DNA from: Candidatus Micrarchaeota archaeon
GTDB lineage: Archaea > Micrarchaeota > Micrarchaeia > Anstonellales > Anstonellaceae
NCBI GenBank assembly: GCA_013331805.1
Contig: DUFS01000038.1
Coordinates: 6,313 to 46,802, forward strand
Reading direction: 5' to 3'
Length of the DNA: 40,490 nt
How positions within the stretch are numbered: the stretch's first letter is position 1; each line of letters begins with the position of its first letter. The translations under genes and the position numbers were made by a program. Below are positions 1 through 7,819 of this stretch, in pieces. The notes below the pieces were generated by a model, which had not been told where the DNA came from, searched no databases, and was given only the letters and a program-made list of their open reading frames with translations.

Positions 1-75
1 ATGGTGTGATTTGATGGATAAAAGCGTGTATTTATAAACATTTTGTTTCTTAATTGACCACTAAGGAGGGATTGC

Positions 76-657
76 ATGAAGTCTTCCACAAAAGTTGGTT
101 TAATCACGGGGGGAATAGGAATTATCGTAGGAGCAGCATTAATGGAGGTGGGGAAGCCACCAATAGTCGAATTACTTACCACGAGCGATTACGAGGCAGT
201 TTCGAATATGATGGACAGCGGGGGGCGTAGCTCTCTTACTATAGTAACTGAGTCAGGAGAGCTATTCTATATCAAAAATCCTGTTGGAGGCTCCATGACT
301 ATCTCATTCCCGTCTAACGAAGATTTTGGTACTGTCCATGTGCATTTGAAGGGGGGAAAGCCTGTTCAGGTGAAATTTCCTAAGAATGATCATCCGGTGG
401 ATTTCAATAAATATGCCATAGAAACACAGATTCGAATAGAAAAACTTGTTGAATTGGCGCTAAAAGAAGCTCGCAAAGAACTTACGAATGAAGTGGACAA
501 GAAGAGCCAAGGCGGAAAGGTGGATAAACAGAGGCGGGAGCTGGATAAAGTAATGGCGCCTCTGAAAGATGACAAGACCTACTTGATGGCAACCAAGAAG
601 GCTAGGAACAAGCCAACTCCGCTTCCACGCCAGCCAGACGTGCGCAGGTTGGTATAG
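76..657 (+). CDS. hypothetical membrane-anchored protein
   Basis: 193-aa ORF with SD-like AAGGAGGG (63-70) 5 nt before the ATG. It has an N-terminal hydrophobic helix (VGLITGGIGIIVGAALMEV) and a Lys/Arg-rich C-terminus. No family recognised. The region is visibly AT-richer than the window average. Confidence 0.5.
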   Translation: MKSSTKVGLITGGIGIIVGAALMEVGKPPIVELLTTSDYEAVSNMMDSGGRSSLTIVTESGELFYIKNPVGGSMTISFPSNEDFGTVHVHLKGGKPVQVKFPKNDHPVDFNKYAIETQIRIEKLVELALKEARKELTNEVDKKSQGGKVDKQRRELDKVMAPLKDDKTYLMATKKARNKPTPLPRQPDVRRLV

Positions 658-727
658 CGCCTCGTCAGCACCATACAATCCTTCTTTTATTTCTTCTGTT
701 CCCTAGCTTTGCCGGTGTGGTGAGCGG

Positions 728-1747
728 ATGTCCATAATAATCGGGCTTACGGGCGAGAACTGCGCAGGCAAGGGCACTGTCGCGGACTACCTGGTGAAAA
801 AGGGATTTTACTACTACTCGCTTTCAGACGCAATACGCGAGGAGCTGGCGTCCGAGGGCAAGGAAATCAGCCGCGAAGCGCTAATAGCAAAGGGAAACGA
901 CCTTCGCAGGAATTTCGGCTCGGACATACTGGCAAAAAGGACAATCGCAAAACTGCAGCCTGACAGGAATTACGTTGTTGATTCCATTCGAAACCCAGCA
1001 GAGGCAAGGGCCCTTCTTGACACAGGGAAAATGGCGCTCGTTTACGTGACTGCGCCTGCTGAAAAGCGATTCGAGAGGATGAAGGCAAGGAGAAGGGAGG
1101 GCGACCCGCGCAGCTTCGAGGCTTTCAGGACAATTGAGAAACTCGAGCTTGATGGAAAGGACGAGCACGGCCAGCGGCTGAACGAGGTATTCGCGCTTGC
1201 GGCAAAGAAAATAACGAACGAGGCGGACTTCCGCGAGCTTTATGACGAGGTGGATGCGATTCTGGGCGAGCTTTCTTCGGAATTCAAGCCCAAAAGGCCG
1301 AACTGGGACGTCTATTTCATGAACATCGCAAAGGTCGTGGCAAGCAGAAGCAACTGCCTCAAAAGGCACGTTGCAGCGGTTATTGTGAAGGACAAGCGGA
1401 TAGTTTCAACCGGCTACAATGGCACCCCGCGGGGGATCCGGAACTGCAACGAGGGTGGCTGCCCGCGCTGCAACTCTTTTGCAGATTCGGGGACCAAGCT
1501 GGATGAGTGCGTCTGCTCGCACGGGGAGGAGAACGCGATCGTGCAGGCTTCGTACCACGGGATTTCGATAAAGGACGCGACCATTTACTCGACTTTCTCC
1601 CCCTGCCTCCTGTGCACCAAGATGACAATCAATTCCGGAATCAGGGAAGTGGTCTACAATGCCGACTACCCGCTTTCCGAAATGCCCCTCAAGCTCCTCA
1701 AGGAAGCAGGGATAATAGTGAGACGGGTAAAGCTGGAGAAGGAGTAG
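728..1747 (+). CDS. fusion protein: N-terminal P-loop nucleotide/nucleoside-monophosphate kinase-like domain plus C-terminal dCMP (CMP/dCMP-type zinc) deaminase
   Basis: The N-terminus carries a Walker A-like GLTGENCAGKGT in an adenylate/dephospho-CoA kinase-like context. The C-terminal half has deaminase zinc motifs: C-S-H-G-E-E-N-A-I (HxE) and S-P-C-L-L-C (PCxxC), plus VIVKDKRIVSTGYNGTPRG typical of ComEB/dCMP deaminases. Confidence 0.75.
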   Translation: MSIIIGLTGENCAGKGTVADYLVKKGFYYYSLSDAIREELASEGKEISREALIAKGNDLRRNFGSDILAKRTIAKLQPDRNYVVDSIRNPAEARALLDTGKMALVYVTAPAEKRFERMKARRREGDPRSFEAFRTIEKLELDGKDEHGQRLNEVFALAAKKITNEADFRELYDEVDAILGELSSEFKPKRPNWDVYFMNIAKVVASRSNCLKRHVAAVIVKDKRIVSTGYNGTPRGIRNCNEGGCPRCNSFADSGTKLDECVCSHGEENAIVQASYHGISIKDATIYSTFSPCLLCTKMTINSGIREVVYNADYPLSEMPLKLLKEAGIIVRRVKLEKE

Positions 1748-1787
1748 CGGCAAGCAGCTTGGCTAATCTTTATCTTTTTATGCGGAG

Positions 1788-4505
1788 ATGCTTATGACGA
1801 TGGACAAGGAAGAAGCCAAAGCCAAGGTTTCGGACTTGGTTGGCGGATTCTTCAGCTACGACCGGCAGGGCAAGCTGGCTGGCATGAGCGAGGAGGATAC
1901 CAAGCGGGCCTTCATAGAGCCGCTTTTCGAGGCCCTGGGCTGGGATGTGCGCAATCCGGAGGAAGTCTGGGAGAACCGCTCGCAGGCTGGCGGAAAGAGG
2001 CCGGATTACGCCTTCCGCATCGACGGGGTGGTGCGCTTCTTCCTTGAGGCGAAGGAAGCCCATGCCGAGCTTTCCGAGCCGGAAGCATGGCAGGCAATCA
2101 ACTATTCTTACAACAACTCCGTCCCCTGGGCCCTCCTCACCAACTTCCGCGAGCTTGCGATATACAATGCCAACTGGAAGGCGAAAGGGAGCGAGGACAG
2201 CCGCTTCCTGCGGATTGAGGTTTCGGACTACATCGGCAGCTTTGATGACCTGTGGCTGCTGTCAAAGGAGGGCATGGTTTCCGGGGAGATGGAGAAAAAG
2301 GCGCAGAGATACGGCAGGCTGGCGCGCGAGCCAGTCACCAAGGCGCTTTATTCCGACCTGATGCGCTGGCGCTCCATGATATCCAAAAGCGTGTCCAAGA
2401 ACGACCCGCGCAAGAAATTCACCAAGGAGCTCCTGGACGAGGCGGTGCAGCGCTTCCTGAACAGGCTGATATTCATAAGGACCTGCGAGGACAGGAAAAT
2501 CGAGAACGAGCAGCTGCGGGCTGCGCTGCGGCAGTGGGAGGGGAAGAACAACCGCAAGCTGCGAAGCTACGTGCAGGAAATCGTTTCGGAGGGATTCGTG
2601 GATACCTACGACAGCGATATTTTCTTCCCCCACATGGCGGGCGAGCTTCCCGTCGAAGACGACGTGATGGCGCAGGTGCTGGACGAGCTTTACGAAAGCC
2701 CTTCGGGCGCGCAATACAACTTCGACGCCATAAACGCGGACGTTCTGGGCAATATCTACGAGCAGTACCTTGCGACCGTGATGCGCGAGGGCGGAAGCCT
2801 TGTGGAGAGGGACGGCAAGAGAAAGGAGATGGGCATCTACTACACCCCGACTTACATAGTGGACTACATAGTGAAGAACACGCTCGGGGAGCTTGTATCG
2901 AAGGCGAAGACCGCGGACGACTTGCGGAAAATCACGGTGCTTGACCCAGCCTGCGGCTCCGGCTCGTTCCTGATCCGGGCGTTTGAGACGCTGCGCGAGG
3001 AATACGCGAAAAAGAACGGCGGGGACCACCAGATGCTCTCCGAGAACGTCTCAAAGAACGCGCACGACATACTCACAAGGAACATCCACGGGGTGGACCT
3101 GGACATGAAGGCGATTGAGATTGCCGAGCTGAACCTGCTGCTCCGCGCAGCGACACGGCGCGGGCTTTTGCCCCCCCTCTCAGACAACATAAAGCGGGGC
3201 AACTCGCTCATTTCCGGGACGAAGGAGGAGATGGAAGGGCATTTCGGGCCCCACTGGAAGGAGAAGCACCCCTTCAACTGGGAAACCGAGTTCAAGGAAG
3301 TCATGGACGGCGGGGGATTCGACGTCGTGGTGGGGAATCCTCCTTATGTGAGATTTGATAACCTTAATGAAGAAGAACGGAAATTCTTATTTGAAAATTA
3401 CCAGACGGCGGTTCAAAAATGCGATATATATTCTTTCTTCATAGAAAGGGGCGTTTCCAATCTGAAAGACGGCGCTTCTCTTGGTTTTATTGTTTCGTCT
3501 TCCTGGCTTTCGCAACATAGTTTCAATAAGCTCAGGAGATTTATTCTAGACACGTGCGCTGTGAAACAGATTATTACGACTCCTTCAGATACGTTTGAAG
3601 ATGCAGCAGTACGGACCGTAATCATCATACTAGAAAAAACGAAATCTGCATCGAAAAAGGAAAATAACAACGTATTGACGGGCACCATTGATGAGAAAGG
3701 GAGAATCTCCAACGCTAAGCGCATCCCTCAAAAAATCTATAGCCAGCATGATGACAACCTGTTTGTTTTGGAATGGGACGGCGAGATACAAAAACTGGAA
3801 CAAAAGCTTGTTGAGAATTGTAAACTATTGGATGATGCAGCAGAGTTGTCATTTGGAATAATGACCGGTGATGATTCCAAATTTACCTATTCTGAAAAAC
3901 AGCATCCTAAGGAAGACAAAAAGGTTCTGAGGGGCGGCAATGTAAAACGATACAACATAGTATGGACCGGAGAATACGTTTGGTATGACCCTGAGATGAT
4001 GAAAAAGCACAAGGAAACAGCACGACCGGGAGAACCTGCAAGATTTGAAGCCGAAAAAATTGTTATTAAAAGAGAAGGAGCTGGAATGATAACTGCCTGT
4101 TTAGACCGCGAAAAATACTATTCCATAGGTTCTACGTTTATAGTGAATAAGAAAGACGTGGAATTCGGTCTTGCTTACCTTCTGGGTTTGCTGAATTCAA
4201 AATTGATAAACTGGTGGTATGGTCGCAGATACAGAACTGTGACCCAATCCATAAATTCTTATCAAAAAATCCCAATCCATCTCGCCTCCTCGTCCGAGCA
4301 GCAGCCAATCGTGAAGCTGGTGGAGGACATGCTCGACCTCAACAGGAAACTTGTGGGGATGGGCGCCATCCAGTCGTCCGAGCGCCACGGAGTTGAGGAG
4401 GAAATTAAGCGCACGGATGCGCAGATTGACGAGCTTGTCTACAGGCTGTACGGAATCGCGGAAGAGGAAAAGAAGGTAATTGAAGAAAGTTTTGCGAAGA
4501 ATTGA
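1788..4505 (+). CDS. Type IIG-like restriction-modification enzyme (N-terminal PD-(D/E)xK nuclease, gamma-class N6-adenine DNA methyltransferase, C-terminal target-recognition region)
   Basis: 905-aa ORF. The N-terminus has RPDYAF...FFLEAKEA, a Type I HsdR N-terminal-like PD..ExK nuclease signature. Methyltransferase motif I is VLDPACGSGSFL and motif IV is VVGNPPYV (NPPY codons at 3336-3347). A long C-terminal region is consistent with a TaqI/Eco57I-like specificity domain. Confidence 0.85.
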   Translation: MLMTMDKEEAKAKVSDLVGGFFSYDRQGKLAGMSEEDTKRAFIEPLFEALGWDVRNPEEVWENRSQAGGKRPDYAFRIDGVVRFFLEAKEAHAELSEPEAWQAINYSYNNSVPWALLTNFRELAIYNANWKAKGSEDSRFLRIEVSDYIGSFDDLWLLSKEGMVSGEMEKKAQRYGRLAREPVTKALYSDLMRWRSMISKSVSKNDPRKKFTKELLDEAVQRFLNRLIFIRTCEDRKIENEQLRAALRQWEGKNNRKLRSYVQEIVSEGFVDTYDSDIFFPHMAGELPVEDDVMAQVLDELYESPSGAQYNFDAINADVLGNIYEQYLATVMREGGSLVERDGKRKEMGIYYTPTYIVDYIVKNTLGELVSKAKTADDLRKITVLDPACGSGSFLIRAFETLREEYAKKNGGDHQMLSENVSKNAHDILTRNIHGVDLDMKAIEIAELNLLLRAATRRGLLPPLSDNIKRGNSLISGTKEEMEGHFGPHWKEKHPFNWETEFKEVMDGGGFDVVVGNPPYVRFDNLNEEERKFLFENYQTAVQKCDIYSFFIERGVSNLKDGASLGFIVSSSWLSQHSFNKLRRFILDTCAVKQIITTPSDTFEDAAVRTVIIILEKTKSASKKENNNVLTGTIDEKGRISNAKRIPQKIYSQHDDNLFVLEWDGEIQKLEQKLVENCKLLDDAAELSFGIMTGDDSKFTYSEKQHPKEDKKVLRGGNVKRYNIVWTGEYVWYDPEMMKKHKETARPGEPARFEAEKIVIKREGAGMITACLDREKYYSIGSTFIVNKKDVEFGLAYLLGLLNSKLINWWYGRRYRTVTQSINSYQKIPIHLASSSEQQPIVKLVEDMLDLNRKLVGMGAIQSSERHGVEEEIKRTDAQIDELVYRLYGIAEEEKKVIEESFAKN

Positions 4506-4509
4506 TATT

Positions 4510-5379
4510 ATGGGCTGGAGAGATAATCCAAGGGAGCATGCTGAACTCTGGAACAGCGCGCTCCTCAGGGCAATGGGCGCACTTGGCAAGAATGACCTGA
4601 TGATGGCGCAGGCGGTATTTGCCCACAACATGGAAGGCATTCTCGACGGCTTGCCTGACAACGAAGCTGTTGATGCGAAACTTACACAGATGTTCGTGGC
4701 GTGGGTTGTTTCTGAATACCTGAAAGACGGGAAGCCGGCCGGGGAATGGTATTGTGGGATAAAAAACTGTTTGCTCACGACAGAAGAAAAAGAAGTCCTC
4801 CTGGCTGGGAAGGAGAGCCACTTCGGCATTTTCCTTGTGAAAAGCCACGTTGGAAAAGTTGTCAGGCTTGAGGACGCCCACGGAACTGCTTTTGCCGTTG
4901 AAACCGTCAGCCTGCCGCAGATGGAAGCAGATACTGCGATCATGACGAGAATAAATGCCAAAGGTGAAGGCAGGTACTTCTTTTCAGGTTCGATACTGAT
5001 TTGGGAAAAAAAAGGAATTTATGATGAGTTGAAGCTGCACTATGCATTCCGGAAAAGATGGAGCAGCTACCTTGAAAGGTTCGTTGACTATCAGATGAAA
5101 GAAATGAGCCTCGCGAGAAAGACCGCGGAGAAGCACATGGAAGATGTGAATCTGCTGATGTTCCTGCTTGAAAGGAAGCAGGGAGTGGACAGTTTCGGAA
5201 AAGTTACGAAGGGCATGCTCAATACTGAATTCAAGAAATTTGTGAAAAGACATATCCTGAACCGCGTTGACATGGACAAAACATACTATTCGCTTCGGCT
5301 GTTCTTTAATTTCCTGAAGGAGAAGAAAGAGGATTATAACGAAGAAGCTCTCGAATGGCTGCGGAGAAGAACTGATTGA
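4510..5379 (+). CDS. hypothetical protein immediately downstream of the RM enzyme
   Basis: The ORF track begins at a TTG (4480) inside the RM gene; the first ATG is at 4510, 5 nt after the RM stop. No confident family. The C-terminal segment (DMDKTYYSLRLFFNFLKEKK) weakly resembles the N-terminal SAM-like core-binding domain of tyrosine recombinases, but no catalytic domain is present. Confidence 0.5.
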   Translation: MGWRDNPREHAELWNSALLRAMGALGKNDLMMAQAVFAHNMEGILDGLPDNEAVDAKLTQMFVAWVVSEYLKDGKPAGEWYCGIKNCLLTTEEKEVLLAGKESHFGIFLVKSHVGKVVRLEDAHGTAFAVETVSLPQMEADTAIMTRINAKGEGRYFFSGSILIWEKKGIYDELKLHYAFRKRWSSYLERFVDYQMKEMSLARKTAEKHMEDVNLLMFLLERKQGVDSFGKVTKGMLNTEFKKFVKRHILNRVDMDKTYYSLRLFFNFLKEKKEDYNEEALEWLRRRTD

Positions 5380-5380
5380 G

Positions 5381-6058
5381 CTACTTTACAACCGTCCCGC
5401 CGTGGGGCTTGCCCTCGACCGCCTTCCTCACGTCAAGAAGGTTCTTCCCGTGCACGAAGTGCGCCTCTATTTTGGAGCGGGCGATGAGCTTGCAGGCCAA
5501 AAAGTCGAAAACGAAGTGCGTGCCTGCCTTGCGCATGTCGTTTTTCCCGGCAAGGTCTATGAGCTGCGCATAGCTCATCCTGTGGAATTTTTTCGCATTG
5601 TGGTTGCGCACCGGGTTGTCGTTGTAGATGCCGTCGATGTTGGAGAGGTTGAGCAGCCGCTTTGCCCCCATGCACTCGGCAAGGAGGGTGGCGTCGGAAT
5701 CGGTAGTTATGCCCGGTATTGTGCCGCCCATGACCACGAAGCGGTGCTTTTTGCCCTGCTCGCGCGCTGACTCGAATGTCTGGCAGACCACGCGGTTCAC
5801 GTCCTTTTTTATTGTGTCTATGACGAACTGCGCGTTTTTCTTGGTGGCCTCTATCGCAGCCTCGTCGGCTTCGAATTCGCTTGCCCCCTTCTTGCGTGCC
5901 GACTCGGCCCATTTGCGCGCCAGCCTGCCCCCTCCCACCACTATCCCGAAATGGTATTTGGTCTGGCGGAGCATGCGCACAAGGGAGGAGACGTATTGCG
6001 AATCCGGCACGCCCGGGTTGACCAGGGAGCCCCCTAAAGAAAGAACAACGATTTGCAT
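5381..6058 (-). CDS. pyrH: uridylate (UMP) kinase, archaeal type
   Basis: 225 aa. It shows the amino-acid kinase fold signatures VVLSLGGSL, VVGGGRLAR and VMGGTIPGITTDSDATLLAE. Its length and lack of a bacterial-type extension fit archaeal PyrH. Confidence 0.85.
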   Translation of the reverse strand: MQIVVLSLGGSLVNPGVPDSQYVSSLVRMLRQTKYHFGIVVGGGRLARKWAESARKKGASEFEADEAAIEATKKNAQFVIDTIKKDVNRVVCQTFESAREQGKKHRFVVMGGTIPGITTDSDATLLAECMGAKRLLNLSNIDGIYNDNPVRNHNAKKFHRMSYAQLIDLAGKNDMRKAGTHFVFDFLACKLIARSKIEAHFVHGKNLLDVRKAVEGKPHGGTVVK

Positions 6059-6130
6059 GATGCGCTTATACCTAAGAGGTTTTTAAATGCTGTTTTTCAG
6101 AGATTAGCAATACCGTGGGGGGATGAAAGG

Positions 6131-6703
6131 ATGGCAAAGGGAAATCTTTCTGGAAAAATAGGGGAAATGGTGCGCGAGCTTGAGGCGCGTGAAAAGGAGC
6201 AGGACGCCATACTCGCATCAGTGCGCGGGATTGTCCGGCACTGCGCGAATGGGATAAAGCTGCTTCACGCAGGCGAGACTGGCAAGGCGAGGGCGGAAAT
6301 CGCGCTTGCCAAAAAGGAGATCTTGCCTTTTTCCAAAACCTCCAAGTTTGAATACCTTCTGCAGCAACCTTACCAGGAAATAGCAGAGGCATCCATGCTG
6401 CTTGCAGCCGTGGAGAAAAAGGGCCTGCCTTCCTGGGAGGAGCTTGGCATGCCCTTTGAGCCGTATCTTCTTGGCCTTTGCGACCTCATCGGCGAGCTTC
6501 GCAGGGAAATGCTGGAGATGCTGAAAAAGGGGAAAACTGCGGAGGCTGAGCGCTACTTTGAGCTTGCGAGCGGCATTTACGAGGAGCTGCTGCCCATCAG
6601 GTTCTCGAATTCGCTTCTTCCGAATTTCAGGAAAAAACAGGACGTTGCCCGCTCGCAGGTGGAGCAGGCAAGGTCAGAGCTCGTCAGGGCGAAAATGAGG
6701 TAG
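6131..6703 (+). CDS. translin-family protein (archaeal COG2178-like predicted RNA-binding protein)
   Basis: It is helical, with the conserved PYLLGLCDLIGELRRE block typical of translin/TRAX-like proteins. The start is placed at ATG 6131 behind GGGGGATGAAAGG rather than at 6053, which would overlap the pyrH start. Confidence 0.65.
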   Translation: MAKGNLSGKIGEMVRELEAREKEQDAILASVRGIVRHCANGIKLLHAGETGKARAEIALAKKEILPFSKTSKFEYLLQQPYQEIAEASMLLAAVEKKGLPSWEELGMPFEPYLLGLCDLIGELRREMLEMLKKGKTAEAERYFELASGIYEELLPIRFSNSLLPNFRKKQDVARSQVEQARSELVRAKMR

Positions 6704-6713
6704 GGGTGGGAAA

Positions 6714-7229
6714 ATGGAATTCTTTGAGACAGTGGAGGCGCGCGTGTCGGACAGGGAATATGTTCCAAAGGCTGTCAGTGAAAAGGACATCCAAAAGATT
6801 CTGCACTGCGCCTGCCTTGCCCCGAGCGCCGGGAACATACAGTCCTACCGGATAATAATCGTGCGCAAGAAAAAGGACAGGGAGATTCTTGCGCAAGCCT
6901 CGCACAAGCAGATGTTCATGGCGTCTGCGCCGGTTTACCTGGCCTTTCTTTCTGACAAGAGGAGGAACAAGCCAAAATACGGAAGCCGCGGCTCGGAGTT
7001 TTTCTCCATCCAGGACGCGACCATTGCTGCGGCATACGCGCAGCTTGCTGCGACAGCGCTTGGGCTCGGCACTGTCTGGATTGGCGGGTTCGACGACGCC
7101 GCGGTTGCAAAAGCGCTCAGGGCCAAAAAGTACGAGCGCCCCGTGGTCATACTGCCCCTTGGCTACCCTTCCGAGGAAATGGAAGGGCACGAAAGGAGGA
7201 AGCTTTGCAACACCGCGACCGAGCTTTAG
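6714..7229 (+). CDS. nitroreductase family protein
   Basis: 171 aa. The N-terminal pattern FFETVEARVSDREYVPKAVSEKDIQKILHCACLAPSAGNIQSYRIIIV is a classic nitroreductase signature. C-terminal LGLGTVWIGGFD is also present. Confidence 0.75.
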   Translation: MEFFETVEARVSDREYVPKAVSEKDIQKILHCACLAPSAGNIQSYRIIIVRKKKDREILAQASHKQMFMASAPVYLAFLSDKRRNKPKYGSRGSEFFSIQDATIAAAYAQLAATALGLGTVWIGGFDDAAVAKALRAKKYERPVVILPLGYPSEEMEGHERRKLCNTATEL

Positions 7230-7241
7230 TGCGCCCTTGCC

Positions 7242-7745
7242 TTAGAGTATGCTCACTTTCGTGACGCCAGGGATTTTCGAGAACTCGGCTATCAGGCTGC
7301 CAGGCGCGGGCCGCTCGGTGATTATCACAAGCGTGGGGTTCTCGAAGAGATCGGGGTCCTTGGCATAGACCTGCCGCACGCTTATCCTTTTCCTTGCCAG
7401 AAGGCCGGTCGCTGCGGCTATCGTCCCGGACTTCTGCGCGTTCGCCTCTATTTCCACCACGCCAAAGCCAAGCTCGTGCGCGACTTCCCTAAGAAGCGCG
7501 CCTGCTGGCCTGATCCCGGCAAACAGCCTGGACAGCTTCCTGTCGGACAGTATGGACGCCACTGTGGAGCGCACAATCCTCCTGTCCACGCCTGCCGCGC
7601 TGGCAAGGCTCACCTCCTTTACTTCCACCTCCCCGCAGCAAATCCTGCCGTCAGGGGCGATGCAGAGCCCGAGCTCTATCATCTTTCGCGCCACCTGCCG
7701 CTGCGCGGGCAGACCGGAAAACAGCTCGGAGATGCGGCTCCACAT
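7242..7745 (-). CDS. ACT-domain putative regulator of amino-acid metabolism (COG2150-like; possibly TrpY-like)
   Basis: 167 aa. An N-terminal putative DNA-binding part (AQRQVARKMIELGL) is followed by a C-terminal ACT-like beta-alpha-beta-beta-alpha-beta region (FGVVEIEANAQKSGTIAAATGLLARKRISVRQV). It is divergently transcribed from trpE. Confidence 0.6.
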   Translation of the reverse strand: MWSRISELFSGLPAQRQVARKMIELGLCIAPDGRICCGEVEVKEVSLASAAGVDRRIVRSTVASILSDRKLSRLFAGIRPAGALLREVAHELGFGVVEIEANAQKSGTIAAATGLLARKRISVRQVYAKDPDLFENPTLVIITERPAPGSLIAEFSKIPGVTKVSIL

Positions 7746-7819
7746 GGATGTGTTTTTCGCAGGAAATGCTTATATAGTGAATGTATCTTTTTGTTTAGTA
7801 TAGTATTAAAAAGGGGATT
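7746..7819. promoter_or_regulatory. divergent promoter region between the ACT regulator and trpE
   Basis: This is an AT-rich 74-nt spacer. It holds a TATA-like CTTATATAGT (7769-7778), the repeat TAGTATAGTATT (7798-7809) and GGGG (7813-7816) just upstream of the trpE ATG. Confidence 0.4.

Noticed and set aside
2262-3029. A 255-aa ORF antisense to the RM methyltransferase gene, plus similar long antisense or alternative-frame ORFs at 2252-2944, 7679-8278, 9091-9699, 9830-10588, 10089-10772 and 14603-15235.
   Set aside because: They lie opposite or out of frame to genes with unmistakable family motifs. Their Arg/Pro/Ala/His-rich, low-complexity composition is typical of stop-codon-poor frames in GC-rich DNA.
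4510-5379. Possible integrase or mobile-element remnant next to the RM gene.
   Set aside because: Only a weak resemblance to the recombinase core-binding domain is seen. There are no catalytic R-H-R-Y residues, no flanking repeats and no att-like duplication. It is retained only as a low-confidence note in the findings.
6053-6130. A longer start for the translin-like gene that overlaps the pyrH start codon.
   Set aside because: It would place divergent coding sequence over the shared promoter spacer, which contains TTTTTAAAT. ATG 6131 has a purine-rich stretch immediately upstream, and the conserved family region begins after it.
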